From Nitrosopumilaceae archaeon (GTDB lineage Archaea; Thermoproteota; Nitrososphaeria; Nitrososphaerales; Nitrosopumilaceae), in the NCBI GenBank assembly GCA_965207375.1, contig OZ242274.1, forward strand, positions 256,001 through 320,000: DNA of 64,000 nucleotides, given 5' to 3'. Below, piece by piece: positions 19,229 through 30,344 of the stretch. The position numbers were made by a program, and so were the translations under genes. Under the pieces are notes generated by a model. It saw nothing but the letters and a program-made list of their open reading frames with translations, was not told where the DNA came from and did no database searches. Numbering within the stretch: position 1 is the stretch's first letter; each line of letters opens with the position of its first letter.

Positions 19229-20068
19229 TCACTTGGATTTGATGTGAACCTTTCTCCAGTTCACCTCTAACTTGTTTTCTAAATGTAATTTTGCAGCTTT
19301 GAAAAGAGTAAGAGCTTCTAACTTTTGGCCATTTTTCTTTATGTCTTCAAGCGAATCCTGTGTAGTAACCTCAAAAGAGTTTTGAAGAATAATAGGTCCC
19401 TGATCCAAGTTTTCTGTAACGTAATGTGATGTAACTCCAACAATTTTTGTCCCCCTCTCAAATGCTTGTGCATATGCAATTGCACCAGGAAATGCAGGCA
19501 GCAGTGACGGATGTATATTGATTATTCTATTTGGATATCTCCAAACAAAGTTTGGCGTAAGAATCCTCATGTATCTTGCCAATAGTATCAAATCAACATC
19601 ATATTTTTTACAAACTTCTATTAATTTAGATTCTGCCCTACTTTGTTCTCGTTCTTGTACGGTAACAAATGGAATCTTTGCTTTTTTTGCCATAGATTCC
19701 AGAGTTTTTTCGGTTCCCACAATTATTGCAATTTTGCCCCCCAGCCTTGCTTTATTTTTCAACAACAACTCTAGACAGTGATCCTCTTTTGTGACAAAAA
19801 TTGCAATATTTTTTGCAGAATTAGATTCGTGATGTGTGCTTACTTCCATCTTTTGCCTTTTTGCTAATTTTTGCAATTCCTGATCAAATTTTTTGACATC
19901 AATTATTCCGGCAAACGATGCCTCCAAGTACATTCCAAACAGGCCCCTTATCACATTCTGATTTACTTTTTCAACATTTCCCTGTTTTTGGAACACAAAA
20001 TTTGTAAACGCTGCAACTATTCCCTCTCTATCCTTTCCCACTATTGTGATCCCAACTACTGTTTTCAA
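19229..20068 (-). CDS. purU: Formyltetrahydrofolate deformylase
   Basis: ACT domain, LARYMRIL, INIHPSLLPAFPGA and LDQGPII motifs. Confidence 0.92.
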   Translation of the reverse strand: MKTVVGITIVGKDREGIVAAFTNFVFQKQGNVEKVNQNVIRGLFGMYLEASFAGIIDVKKFDQELQKLAKRQKMEVSTHHESNSAKNIAIFVTKEDHCLELLLKNKARLGGKIAIIVGTEKTLESMAKKAKIPFVTVQEREQSRAESKLIEVCKKYDVDLILLARYMRILTPNFVWRYPNRIINIHPSLLPAFPGAIAYAQAFERGTKIVGVTSHYVTENLDQGPIILQNSFEVTTQDSLEDIKKNGQKLEALTLFKAAKLHLENKLEVNWRKVHIKSK

Positions 20069-20284
20069 TGTGATATGGTTTGCAAATTACCTTATTAATT
20101 CTTAAAGTTAAAACAAGTCCTGTAAAATCTGCCATTGAATTTTGACAAAACTGCGATACGCCACTAATCGCAGATATTGCCAAATTATGTCTACGGCACG
20201 AATCTAAAGGCTTGGGCAACAGTTTGATAAACTCTGCAAAAGGCAATTCATACCTTGCAAAAGTCCTAACTACCAAATCAGACT

Positions 20285-21745
20285 TTATTTTGTAAGCTCA
20301 GCCACTCTGTGCTGCATCTGTTTTATTGCAAGCTCTATCTTGTTATCGCGTTTGGCAATTTGTGTTCTATACGAATCGATCCTTTTTGTACGCTGTACAA
20401 TCATACGTTTTTGCTCAGAAAAGCCAGAAGAACCCTGTGAAACACGTGTGCGCAAGGAGGATGTAATGGTAGTATTTTTGATAATTTCAGCTACAAGCTT
20501 TACATCAACATTGGCATCTTTAACACACAATCTAATTTCGTTATTAGTAAGCTTTGATAGCTGCTTTTTTGCTAGATGCGCCCTTTGTACAAGTTGACCT
20601 GAAATTTTATGTGTAGTTCTAAAGGGGATTTTATTTTGCACTAATTTTTCAGCAATGTCTAATGCTATTAGATAGCTGCCTTCTGCTGCCTTTTTCATCT
20701 GCTTTTCATTAACAGACATTGTAAGTAGTATGGGTTTTACAACTAGCAACGCAGCAATTGAGGTTTTAGAGGTGGACCAAATTGAAGATTTTATCTGTTG
20801 TAGATCTCTGCCGTAACCGGTTGCAAGACCTTTGACCGTAGATAATATGCCCATCAAATTTCCAATAACCTGTGCAGTATATCCCCGAGTCAGCTCTAAA
20901 ACATCTGGATTTTTTTTCTGCGGCATTACACTTGAGGGAGATGTAAACTCGTCGGCTAGCTCAATAAAGGAAAATTCTGTTGCAGACCAAATAACAAAGT
21001 CTTCTGCAAGTTTACTAAGATTAGTCATCATAATTGCAGCACTGCTTACATACTCTGCAACAAAATCTCTAGTACTAGTTGCATCTATGGAATTTTCAAC
21101 TAAACCATCAAATCCTAACATTTTTGATGTACTGATTCTATCAATTGCAATACTTGTTCCGCCTACGGGCCCTGCCCCTAACGGACTCTGATTTACCCTG
21201 TCATAACTGTCATAAAACCTGTCAAGATCACGAAGCAGTGCATCTGCATGGGCTAGCAGATAGTGAGAAAATGTTCCTGCCTGCGCCTGCTGCAGGTGTG
21301 TATAAAGCGGCATGATAGTCTTTTGATGCTTTTGTGCTACAGAAACTAGGGCCTCAACTGTATCAAGCAAACAGTTGCAAATAGTGTTTATGTCATCACG
21401 AATCTTCATTCTTGTATCTAATGATATCTGGTCATTTCGTGAACGGGCAGTGTGCATTTTACCACCGCTTGCAGAACCTGCCTTTTTGATTACTAGTCTT
21501 TCAACTAGTTCGTGAATATCTTCAGAATCACAGGGCTCATCAAACTCTTCTTTTTTGAGCTCTTCTAGTGCATTTAGAATTTTTTTAACATCTGACTTTG
21601 ATATAATCTGATTATCATACAGCATGATTACATGTGCCTGGCTCGCACAAATATCGTACTGTATAATTTCTGCATCATCAGAAACAGATGAAACATAATC
21701 CAAAGTTACATCGCCTAGATTATTTTCAAGACGGGAACGATACAT
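20285..21745 (-). CDS. argH: Argininosuccinate lyase
   Basis: HTARSRNDQ, YTHLQQAQ and SSVMPQKKNPD motifs; start set at MYRSRL. Confidence 0.95.
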   Translation of the reverse strand: MYRSRLENNLGDVTLDYVSSVSDDAEIIQYDICASQAHVIMLYDNQIISKSDVKKILNALEELKKEEFDEPCDSEDIHELVERLVIKKAGSASGGKMHTARSRNDQISLDTRMKIRDDINTICNCLLDTVEALVSVAQKHQKTIMPLYTHLQQAQAGTFSHYLLAHADALLRDLDRFYDSYDRVNQSPLGAGPVGGTSIAIDRISTSKMLGFDGLVENSIDATSTRDFVAEYVSSAAIMMTNLSKLAEDFVIWSATEFSFIELADEFTSPSSVMPQKKNPDVLELTRGYTAQVIGNLMGILSTVKGLATGYGRDLQQIKSSIWSTSKTSIAALLVVKPILLTMSVNEKQMKKAAEGSYLIALDIAEKLVQNKIPFRTTHKISGQLVQRAHLAKKQLSKLTNNEIRLCVKDANVDVKLVAEIIKNTTITSSLRTRVSQGSSGFSEQKRMIVQRTKRIDSYRTQIAKRDNKIELAIKQMQHRVAELTK

Positions 21746-21794
21746 CACCATACATTCTAGAATGGTTATATATAGCATAGACGATTTGGCCATT

Positions 21795-22115
21795 ATGTCT
21801 CAAGATATCAAACATCTAAGGGTCAAAATCTTTGATGAATTATCCAAGATAGTGGATCCTGAAATTAACACAACAATTACGGAGCTTGAATTAATTGATG
21901 AGGTAGACATTAACGAATCAAACGTCAAGGTAGATTTGCATCTGACTAGCCCATTTTGTCCTGCAGTTTTTGGATTCAAAATTTGTCAAGACATACATGA
22001 TAATCTGCTCACAATTGACGGCGTAGACGACGTCAAGGTAAATGTATCAAATCATTTTATGGCCGAACAAATCAACAATCAGGTAAATAACAGCCCCAAT
22101 CCAAAAAAATCTTAA
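21795..22115 (+). CDS. DUF59/SufT-like Fe-S cluster assembly factor
   Basis: DPEI..ITELELI..LTSPFCP. Confidence 0.88.
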   Translation: MSQDIKHLRVKIFDELSKIVDPEINTTITELELIDEVDINESNVKVDLHLTSPFCPAVFGFKICQDIHDNLLTIDGVDDVKVNVSNHFMAEQINNQVNNSPNPKKS

Positions 22116-22879
22116 TCTCTAAATCCTAACATGTATCCTCTAAGCAACTGGATACCCATGGCCGGATCTACGCCCTTTGGACACACTTGACTACACGATC
22201 CTGCAAAATGACATCTCCAAATACCATGAGAGTCATCAATAATTTTGAGACGGTCGTCTTTTCCCCTGTCTCTGCTGTCGGCCACATATCTATAGGCCTG
22301 AGCTAGTGCCTGCGGACCTACAAAGGATGAATCAGTTGCCATAGTTGGACAAACAGAATTGCAAAGACCACACTTTATGCAGTTTGCAAATTGGATATAT
22401 TGCTCGTGCTGTTCTGGAGTCTGTAGCAGCTCTTCTGTACTGTGACTGGCATCGGTGTCTTCTCTTATCAAATATGGCTTGATTTTATGATGTGTATCAA
22501 ATAACCTCTCAAATTTTACGGCCAAATCACGGATGATTGGAAAATTATTCATCGGTTCTACTGTAATTGTATCTGATTCTAATTCACTGATTTTTGTAAA
22601 ACATGCCAAACGCGGCTTGCCATTAATTATCATTCCACAGGACCCACACGTTGCCTGCCTGCAAGAGTATCTTACTGCAATAGAATGATCAAAGTGCTTT
22701 TTTACTTCTAGGATTGCCTCAAGTACTGTAGTCCATCGCTCATAAGGAATGTTAAATTCCACAAAATGCTGTTCATCGCCTATCTCTGGATTAGAACGTG
22801 CTATTCTAAGAGTGATGTTTTTTGATGGGGAAACATGAGAATTTGCCTGTTCTTGTGCAATACCTGATACCAGAGCCAT
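22112..22879 (-). CDS. sdhB: Succinate dehydrogenase Fe-S subunit
   Basis: SCRQATCGSCG, CIKCGLCNSVCP and CHFAGSCSQVCP motifs. Confidence 0.95.
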   Translation of the reverse strand: MALVSGIAQEQANSHVSPSKNITLRIARSNPEIGDEQHFVEFNIPYERWTTVLEAILEVKKHFDHSIAVRYSCRQATCGSCGMIINGKPRLACFTKISELESDTITVEPMNNFPIIRDLAVKFERLFDTHHKIKPYLIREDTDASHSTEELLQTPEQHEQYIQFANCIKCGLCNSVCPTMATDSSFVGPQALAQAYRYVADSRDRGKDDRLKIIDDSHGIWRCHFAGSCSQVCPKGVDPAMGIQLLRGYMLGFRD

Positions 22880-22881
22880 CT

Positions 22882-23232
22882 TCAAACCATCCCCATACTT
22901 GTCATGATAATCGTTCTTGACCCATACGCAATTAATATTATCATAGATATCACACATCCGTACGAAACGGCCTTTTCATAAACCCTGCCCTGCCTTAATT
23001 CCAGCAATATTACGCGCAATCCGTTGAATCCATGTACAGAAAGTAGAATCAAAATGATCTCAAGCATTCCAGCATAGGGCAAGAATTGATAATTTGCAAT
23101 TACATTTTCATATTCAATTGATTCAGCATATCCACCTTGTGTGAGTCTCATCAAAATATGAACCGCAACAAAAGCAACTGCTGCTAGGGCAGTTCCATAA
23201 TGAATCTTCATAATGTGACTTTCTCTCATCAT
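22882..23232 (-). CDS. sdhD: Succinate dehydrogenase membrane anchor
   Basis: Three TM helices, HGFNGLR, operon context. Confidence 0.88.
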   Translation of the reverse strand: MMRESHIMKIHYGTALAAVAFVAVHILMRLTQGGYAESIEYENVIANYQFLPYAGMLEIILILLSVHGFNGLRVILLELRQGRVYEKAVSYGCVISMIILIAYGSRTIIMTSMGMV

Positions 23233-23233
23233 A

Positions 23234-23665
23234 TCACCCAAACATTACTGCTGTTCCATACATCATTGCAAGTGCAGCCAAGACAATGGCAGAATAAATT
23301 CCTATTTTATGTCTATAGTTTTGAGATGCAGGATCATATGGATAATCTGGCCTTGCAGGCCTTCCAACACCTACTCCACCGTGTCCTAACATTACACGAA
23401 TACCATTAACGGTATGAAATACACACATTCCGATTACCAACGTCATGAAAATGTGTCCCTCTGTAGTCTGGGTAATATCCAAAAACTCTTGCCATCCCAT
23501 TTTCCCCTGTAAAATATTACTTGTCTCATAAATGTGCGCGATAAAATATCCTAGCAATCCTAATCCTGTAAGCCTCATAAGCCAGTATGCAACACGTTCA
23601 ATTCCAAAGCGGGTTGGATTTGCCATCCCCTTGATTCCTTCTTTACGTTTTGAATTGTCTGCCAT
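23234..23665 (-). CDS. sdhC: Succinate dehydrogenase cytochrome b subunit
   Basis: MRLTG and FHTVNGIR motifs, operon context. Confidence 0.88.
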   Translation of the reverse strand: MADNSKRKEGIKGMANPTRFGIERVAYWLMRLTGLGLLGYFIAHIYETSNILQGKMGWQEFLDITQTTEGHIFMTLVIGMCVFHTVNGIRVMLGHGGVGVGRPARPDYPYDPASQNYRHKIGIYSAIVLAALAMMYGTAVMFG

Positions 23666-25377
23666 CAGTATTTTCTCTCCACCGGCTGATAATTAGTGAT
23701 TGTAACTGGAAGGGTTTTCATGATTGGTTCTCGTGTATCATAATACGCCAATGTGTGATGTAAAAAGTTTCCATCATCACGTTTTGGATAATCGGTTCTA
23801 GCATGTCCTCCGCGGGATTCCTTTCTATTTATTGCGCCTACTAGAACCACCTCTGCCACTCTAAACATAGAATCTAACTCCATGACATTTGTAAAGTTAG
23901 TGTTGTATTCTTTGGCACCGTCATCTACATGCTTCCATGTAAGATTGTATAGTTCCCTGATGCGTTTTAGGCCCGCAACTAGATCTTTTTCGTTTCTATA
24001 CACATATGCCTTTTCATTTAATGTATCGGTTAGTTCCTGTCTTACCTCGTACGGATTAACATCTCCATTGCCACGAAATATCCCGTCATAGATTCTCTTT
24101 TCCTCTGCTGCAACCAAATGATGAGGCCACGGCTCAGACTCTGATTGCTTTGATGCATAATCTGCTGCTAGCTTGCCTGTGATTTTGCCCCATACAATAC
24201 ACTCTGAGGTAGAATTGGCACCTAGCCTGTTTGAGCCATGCACACTATTGCATGCTGCCTCGCCTGCAGACCAAACTCCCTGCAATTCTGTAGCTCCGTC
24301 AATATCTGTATTTATTCCACCCATCATATAGTGGCATACGGGCCTAACATCAAGCATCTCTTTGGCAGGATCAATACCTGAAAATTTAATTGAAATCTCT
24401 CTAATTCCACCAAGTTTTTCCTTGATTGTTTCGTCTCCAATATGTCGAAGGTCTAGCTTCATACAATCTACACCGGTTTCGTGTTTGAACCCTCTACCCT
24501 CGTTAATCTCGGTAATAATTGAGCGAGACACAATGTCTCTTGGAGCCAATTCCATTTTTGCTGCCGCATAAGTTTCCATAAACCGCTCCCCTCTGTTGTT
24601 AATTAAATGCCCACCTTCGCCTCTTGCACCCTCTGTAATCAAAATTCCAGAAGGCAAAATTCCGGTAGGATGAAACTGGACAAATTCCATATCTTTGAGT
24701 GCCATACCTGCACGAAACGCCATGTCGAGTCCGTCAGGAGTTGAAGATAGCGCATAAGTTGAAAAGCTGTACAGTCTGCCTGCACCGCCTGTAGCAATGA
24801 TCAGTGCCCTTGCCTTTATTGAATAAAATGTTCCAGAAGACATTTCAATTGCAGTTACTCCCAAGAATTTTCTTCCATCATGTATGATAGATGTTACAAA
24901 CCATTCGTTTAGATATTCAATATTTTCATAGCGTTGACATGTGTCGTATAACGTCTGCATTTCAAAGAATCCAACCTTATCAGATGCATATGTTGCCCTA
25001 GGAAAACTATATCCTCCAAATGCGCGTTGGTCAATTCGCCCATTTTCTCGCCTTGACCATGGCATTCCCCACTTGTCTAACTGGTAGATTTCTTGAGGCA
25101 TTTGATTACAAAGCCGTTCAGCAACATCTTGATCAGCTAAAAAGTCACTTCCCTTGACGGTATCATAGATGTGAGACTCGATTGTATCTCCTTCATCTTC
25201 GAAAAGAACCGCAGCTGTTCCGCCCTCTGCTGATACTGAGTGAGAACGCATTACCTGAACTTTGGAGACTACAGCAATTCGTAATTGGGGACTAGTCTGT
25301 GCAGCAGAAATAGCAGCTCTTAATCCTGCTAGTCCGGAACCACAAATTATCAGATCATAATCCATAGTTTCAGTCAT
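23665..25377 (-). CDS. sdhA: Succinate dehydrogenase flavoprotein subunit
   Basis: GSGLAG, RSHSVSAEGG, QFHPTG and HGSNRLGANS motifs. Confidence 0.96.
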   Translation of the reverse strand: MTETMDYDLIICGSGLAGLRAAISAAQTSPQLRIAVVSKVQVMRSHSVSAEGGTAAVLFEDEGDTIESHIYDTVKGSDFLADQDVAERLCNQMPQEIYQLDKWGMPWSRRENGRIDQRAFGGYSFPRATYASDKVGFFEMQTLYDTCQRYENIEYLNEWFVTSIIHDGRKFLGVTAIEMSSGTFYSIKARALIIATGGAGRLYSFSTYALSSTPDGLDMAFRAGMALKDMEFVQFHPTGILPSGILITEGARGEGGHLINNRGERFMETYAAAKMELAPRDIVSRSIITEINEGRGFKHETGVDCMKLDLRHIGDETIKEKLGGIREISIKFSGIDPAKEMLDVRPVCHYMMGGINTDIDGATELQGVWSAGEAACNSVHGSNRLGANSTSECIVWGKITGKLAADYASKQSESEPWPHHLVAAEEKRIYDGIFRGNGDVNPYEVRQELTDTLNEKAYVYRNEKDLVAGLKRIRELYNLTWKHVDDGAKEYNTNFTNVMELDSMFRVAEVVLVGAINRKESRGGHARTDYPKRDDGNFLHHTLAYYDTREPIMKTLPVTITNYQPVERKY

Positions 25378-25452
25378 AATTTAGTCAAATTTGAAGATGC
25401 AGAGTTAAATATGTAGTATTGCCACCTTGATAATTTTTCAAATGATTAATAT

Positions 25453-25478
25453 ATATCGCTAGTGATATCGCTAGTGAT
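25453..25478. promoter_or_regulatory. Tandem 12-bp repeat/near-palindrome, candidate PadR operator
   Basis: ATATCGCTAGTG x2 directly before ATG 25477. Confidence 0.45.
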
Positions 25479-25983
25479 GATTAATGACTGGTTTCAGAGG
25501 GTAGGCTCGGCAGTACCTCGAGGATTTTCAAGATATTTCATTTTGGATCTATTAAAAGACACGCCACACACCGGAAAACAAATCATCGATCATGCCGTAG
25601 AAAAAAGCAATGGAATTTGGAAGCCTTCTCCAGGCTTGATCTATCCTTTACTAGGAAGATTACTAGATGAGGGACTAATTTCAGAAGATAAAGACGGAAA
25701 ATATCAATTAACAAAAAAAGGAAGATCTACTGCAGAAGACGTTGATAAAATCAATGATATTGTAAAAAAACAGATGGATGTATTGTTTAGAATAGGAAAT
25801 GTGGGCAGGTTTGTGGCCATGGATATGTTGGAGAAAATATCTGCGATGGGTTCTGTATTGAGTTCAAATGTGGCAAATATGACCGAAGAAGAAACCACAA
25901 AATATAGAAAATTCCTCCGTGACGAACTCCAAAAATTAGAGGACCAGACAGTTTCAAAGGGCAAAGAAATCAAAATAGAATAA
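25477..25983 (+). CDS. PadR-family transcriptional regulator
   Basis: PSPGLIYPLLGRL..YQLTKKG. Confidence 0.9.
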   Translation: MINDWFQRVGSAVPRGFSRYFILDLLKDTPHTGKQIIDHAVEKSNGIWKPSPGLIYPLLGRLLDEGLISEDKDGKYQLTKKGRSTAEDVDKINDIVKKQMDVLFRIGNVGRFVAMDMLEKISAMGSVLSSNVANMTEEETTKYRKFLRDELQKLEDQTVSKGKEIKIE

Positions 25984-26555
25984 AATTGTCAATTTTTGGT
26001 CGTAAAAGACAAAACATCAACAATTCACACTTTTGTATACTGTTTTGATTCTGTCGGCTCAAAATTCCACTTTTGCTAAACTGTATCGTGTTTCGTAAAA
26101 AAGTTACAGGAATCAAATGACATTAAAACACAAGTCTTGATGGTATTTCCCTATACTGTCACTTTGGTTTTGCAAGTATTTTTAAATTTGATTAAATTGG
26201 TGTAAGGTATTATTTCTATGTGGTCAGCTTCATTGGCAGTACTCTAGAATTGGACATGCAGGTACGTTAGATCTATCTTACAAATTGGTACCTGCCCATC
26301 GATGATTTGCACAAAAATCAAAGTGTATCAAATTGTATGCGTTAAATATCAAAACTATGATTTTTACACAAATTAGAAAATCTATCTATTACAAATTTTT
26401 TGATACGCTTGTGCAATTCTCATAATTTATTATCTGATAAACTCCAAACCACACAAGATTGTCTTGCAGGTTAAAATTATCTGTCCATCAATACACACAA
26501 CAAAGAAAATTTTAGAAAAACTGTACTTAAATAATTCAATATGTCTTTTTAAATC

Positions 26556-27416
26556 GTGAAGACTCTTCGCAAGATGTTTAAAGAGAAAAAACCACTGGTA
26601 ATACCGGGAGTATATGGTGCACTAGGCGCAAAAATTGCAAGTAAAATCGGATTCTCAGCCATGTTTCAAACTGGTTATGGAACGTCTGCTACACTGTTTG
26701 GCATGCCTGATTATGGATTTATTGGAGCCACAGAAACAGTACAGAATGCAACAAGGATATGCAGAGCTTCTTTGGTTCCGGTAATTGTTGATTCAGATAC
26801 AGGATACGGCAATGCATTAAGTGTATGGAAGTTAGTAAAGGAGTTAGAATCTACAGGTGCATCTGGAATATTTCTTGAAGATCAAAAGTGGCCAAAAAGA
26901 TGTGGCCATATGCAAGGAAAAGAGGTAACAACACAAGAGGAATATACTGAAAAACTAGGAGCCGCAATTGATGCACGAGAAAGTAAGGATTTTGTTATAG
27001 TTGCAAGAACAGATGCAAGAGCCACAGAAGGATTGGATGCTGCAATTCAAAGAGGACTAGAAAATAAAAAAACTGGTGCAGATGCAATTTTTGTTGAAGC
27101 ACCAAAGGGAATAGATGAGATGAAAAAAATCGGCAAGTCAATTAATGCCCCGCTTGTTGCAAACATGATTGAAGGCGGTATGACTCCAATTATTTCTGCA
27201 GAAAAACTTTACAAAATGGGATTTAACATCATATTGTATCCTCTATCTGTCTTGTATGCTAGTACCTTTGCCACAATGAATATACTTACTGAGCTAAAAA
27301 AATCAGGAACCACTACGGGTAACAACGTTGTCAACTTTGATCAGTTCAATGATATTGTAGAATTGGCAAAGTTTAGAAAACTAGAAAAAAAATATGGCAC
27401 TATAAAAAGAGAATAA
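26556..27416 (+). CDS. Isocitrate lyase/PEP mutase family enzyme (methylisocitrate lyase-like)
   Basis: DSDTGYG, LEDQ, KRCGH and ARTDA motifs. Confidence 0.9.
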   Translation: MKTLRKMFKEKKPLVIPGVYGALGAKIASKIGFSAMFQTGYGTSATLFGMPDYGFIGATETVQNATRICRASLVPVIVDSDTGYGNALSVWKLVKELESTGASGIFLEDQKWPKRCGHMQGKEVTTQEEYTEKLGAAIDARESKDFVIVARTDARATEGLDAAIQRGLENKKTGADAIFVEAPKGIDEMKKIGKSINAPLVANMIEGGMTPIISAEKLYKMGFNIILYPLSVLYASTFATMNILTELKKSGTTTGNNVVNFDQFNDIVELAKFRKLEKKYGTIKRE

Positions 27417-27438
27417 AAAATGTAAGTAAAGCACACAT

Positions 27439-27723
27439 CTATGAGTTTCTCTTTACTTCAATTTCTATTGTTGAAACGTTTCTTGCTTTGCCGTCTTTGG
27501 ACTCTAATGTTTCAGAGCCAATGTTGATGTTGCCAATAGAGAATCCAGCATTTTCTGTCTTTCTTGAGATGATTTGAGCTACATCTACAGCACGACCTAT
27601 ACTGAGACCTCTTGCTTTGATGCTCACGGCAGGCAAGTTGGCCAATTGAATCAATGTTGATGTAACATATGCCATCAATGGTTTCTTGCCTATGAATATG
27701 GTGTCTCTTGCTTCGTTTGACAT
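27439..27723 (-). CDS. albA: Alba DNA/RNA-binding protein
   Basis: IFIGKKPLMAYV, KARG..IGRAVDVA and VSTIEI motifs. Confidence 0.93.
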   Translation of the reverse strand: MSNEARDTIFIGKKPLMAYVTSTLIQLANLPAVSIKARGLSIGRAVDVAQIISRKTENAGFSIGNINIGSETLESKDGKARNVSTIEIEVKRNS

Positions 27724-27839
27724 AGGATTACGACACATGAGGATAATTTAAAGTTAAAATGAATTTTTGGCAACTGTAAACGTGATTTCAGAGTCCGGAT
27801 GATTTTAGGCACGATATAATTCCAACCGGGCCCCCGACT

Positions 27840-28454
27840 ATGATATTAATAGATACAATTTTTGCAAGAAATGAAAAGTTTTATGAAAATAAGGACATCA
27901 CAAACAATGTAGAAATGAACACTATCGAAGAAATTCACAAGGTACCCAAAGCAGAAAAAATTAAAATTTTAGAGTCAGTGTCCCAAACAGATGTAAAATT
28001 GGTAATTGATAAAATAGTGTCACTTTTAGATCATCCAGATATTGAAATTAGAGGAGAGGCATTTAGTGCACTAGTATTAAACAAAAACGATATTTCTGAA
28101 ATCCTAATTCAAAATTTAAACAGTACTCAAAAAAATATCAGAGCATATTCTGCCTTGATTCTTGGAAACAGAAAGGATCTAAATGCAATTGAACCCTTAA
28201 TTAAATTGGTATCTGATAAAAGATCATCTGTACGATCATGTGCGTTAGGGGCTTTGGGATATCTAAAGGCTGACGGTGCAAAACAAGTCATTCGTAGATG
28301 TCTTGCTGATGAAGATATGGAGGTCAAAAAATCTGCATTAAAGGCAATGATTGACATTGGTGATGACATTTCTACTGATGAACTAAAAGAACTATCAAAT
28401 CAAAATGATGCAGAATTAAACAAGCTAATCAAGATTGCAATGAAAACCGTCTGA
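27840..28454 (+). CDS. HEAT-repeat (PBS lyase-like) protein
   Basis: Repeated LxDxxxxVRxxAxxALG-type units. Confidence 0.82.
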   Translation: MILIDTIFARNEKFYENKDITNNVEMNTIEEIHKVPKAEKIKILESVSQTDVKLVIDKIVSLLDHPDIEIRGEAFSALVLNKNDISEILIQNLNSTQKNIRAYSALILGNRKDLNAIEPLIKLVSDKRSSVRSCALGALGYLKADGAKQVIRRCLADEDMEVKKSALKAMIDIGDDISTDELKELSNQNDAELNKLIKIAMKTV

Positions 28455-28984
28455 ACTGTCAAAACGTGATTTATACTTGTGACTGTTTTTCAAACACGTA
28501 CAAAATAATCTGTTATAAAATGCAGTAGAGGCGTTTGCACGCTAATTACATAACTGCACAACGTACTTTTGATTCAAATCGTCATCGTGCAGCTAGTACA
28601 TGTTATGGTGTTGTATATTGTAGAATTTTAATTTCTGAATTTGCCAGTTCTGTTATGTCATGGCAGAAACAGCAGATGCAAAAACAAACATCTTCTCGCA
28701 TGTGACTGATTGTGACAAATGCAGATGATGCCTCTTGCATGTGGCGTCTGTATTGTTTTATGGCATTTATCAGTGTCGTAGGATTTTTGCTCTACTCCTT
28801 TGATAGTTTGAAATAGACGTTTGTGTCTTTTTGTGGATTTGATACGGTACAGTATTTTAGCGTAACATCTGTAGCTAACCCTGTTGATTATATGCAAATT
28901 GCATTAAATCAGGTGCAGTAACCATACCTTGTAATATGTGGCTGTAGGCGTGGATGAGTCCTTTTCATGTTTGGGGTGACTTTG

Positions 28985-30142
28985 CTAGCCCCAGATCTTT
29001 TCCTTAAATGTCCATTTTTTATTCAAGACAAAGTTTCCTAGTGCAGAAATACCTACTGAAATCATCAGTGCCGTAGGATATGCCATGTGTCCTCCATCTA
29101 CAAGAGTATAAACCATGCCAAGTTGTGCTAGTGCGCCAAATGAGCTAAACATTACAAACTTGGCATACTGTGGAATTGTCTTTTTGATGTTAAAATCACG
29201 ATCACTAAACGTCCAATACTTGTTTAGGATAAAATTACTCGTTATGGAGGCTGCAATGCCTATGATATTGGCATGAAGGTACCACATATCGGTAATGCCT
29301 CCTGCAAACAGCAAAGACATTAGATAATTTACGCCAAGACCAGATGCACCTACGGTGAAGAATCTAGCAGCCTTGGACAGAAAACGAACGGATTTTTGTT
29401 CTCCCTCCTCTGAACTCTTTCCATACCGGTACAGTCTCCACACTGATTTTAGATAATCTATAACTGTTAAAGTTCCAAGCTTGCTTGTACCAAACTGTCT
29501 GTCAGTAAATGTATAGGGAATTTCGATCACATTGTTTTCCTTTGTTTTTACAAGTATTTCTAAAAGCATCTTGTAACCAATTGCATCAAATTTTAAATCC
29601 TCGATTATTTTTTTCTTGAATGCAAAAAATCCTGACATTGGATCAGCTACATCAATACCCAATCCCTCCCTTGCAATCTTAGTAGCTGTTTTGCTGATTA
29701 TCTTTCTTTTCAGATTCCAACCCTCAACTGCACCGCCTACAGTATATCTAGAGGCAATGGCCAAATCATATTTTGATTTTAATGCATCAAGTAATTTGGG
29801 TATGATGTTTGCAGGATGGGACAAATCACTATCCATAACCACAATGGTATCACCTGTTGCTTGTTTAATGCCAGATAAAATCGCAGAGCTTAGGCCATCT
29901 TTGGCCTTTCTATGAATTATATTAATTGTATTGTGGGCAAATTCTTTGACATTTTCGATGTACTCTTCAACAATATTCCCGGTTCCGTCTGGAGAATTAT
30001 CATCAATCACAATAGTCTCTATGGGAATTTTTTTAGGGATAGATTCTCCAATTGACTTTAAGATTTTTAAAATGTTTTGAGATTCATTATAAGTTGGAAT
30101 GATAATAGATACCTGTGGAGCAGATTCTCTGTTTGCCTTCAT
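28985..30142 (-). CDS. GT2 dolichol-phosphate mannosyltransferase-like enzyme with C-terminal GtrA domain
   Basis: IIPTYNE, DDNSPDGT, MDSDLSH and DPMSGF motifs; four-TM tail. Confidence 0.92.
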   Translation of the reverse strand: MKANRESAPQVSIIIPTYNESQNILKILKSIGESIPKKIPIETIVIDDNSPDGTGNIVEEYIENVKEFAHNTINIIHRKAKDGLSSAILSGIKQATGDTIVVMDSDLSHPANIIPKLLDALKSKYDLAIASRYTVGGAVEGWNLKRKIISKTATKIAREGLGIDVADPMSGFFAFKKKIIEDLKFDAIGYKMLLEILVKTKENNVIEIPYTFTDRQFGTSKLGTLTVIDYLKSVWRLYRYGKSSEEGEQKSVRFLSKAARFFTVGASGLGVNYLMSLLFAGGITDMWYLHANIIGIAASITSNFILNKYWTFSDRDFNIKKTIPQYAKFVMFSSFGALAQLGMVYTLVDGGHMAYPTALMISVGISALGNFVLNKKWTFKEKIWG

Positions 30143-30344
30143 GTTTTTTTACTCGAATAAGCAGTTATATAATTTTCATTTAACAAAATTGACCCTCATT
30201 GTGGAATAATTTTAGAGCAAAAAAGATTTTACAAAAAATACACGCAGCAAAATTCTCCAAAAACGTAACAGACACATTTTCTAATGTTACTCTAGTTTTT
30301 AGATGATCTACTAGAATACATGCAAAACCCGTGCAGTTTACGGT

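Noticed and set aside
20028-20297. Small ORFs between purU and argH, including a + strand frame with TGA in a CxxC-like position
   Set aside because: No recognisable family, and no evidence for recoding or selenocysteine machinery
26308-26416. Degenerate inverted repeat, possible old MITE
   Set aside because: Gapped match, no TSD and no second copy found
27790-27843. Possible C/D box sRNA
   Set aside because: Box motifs are too degenerate to call
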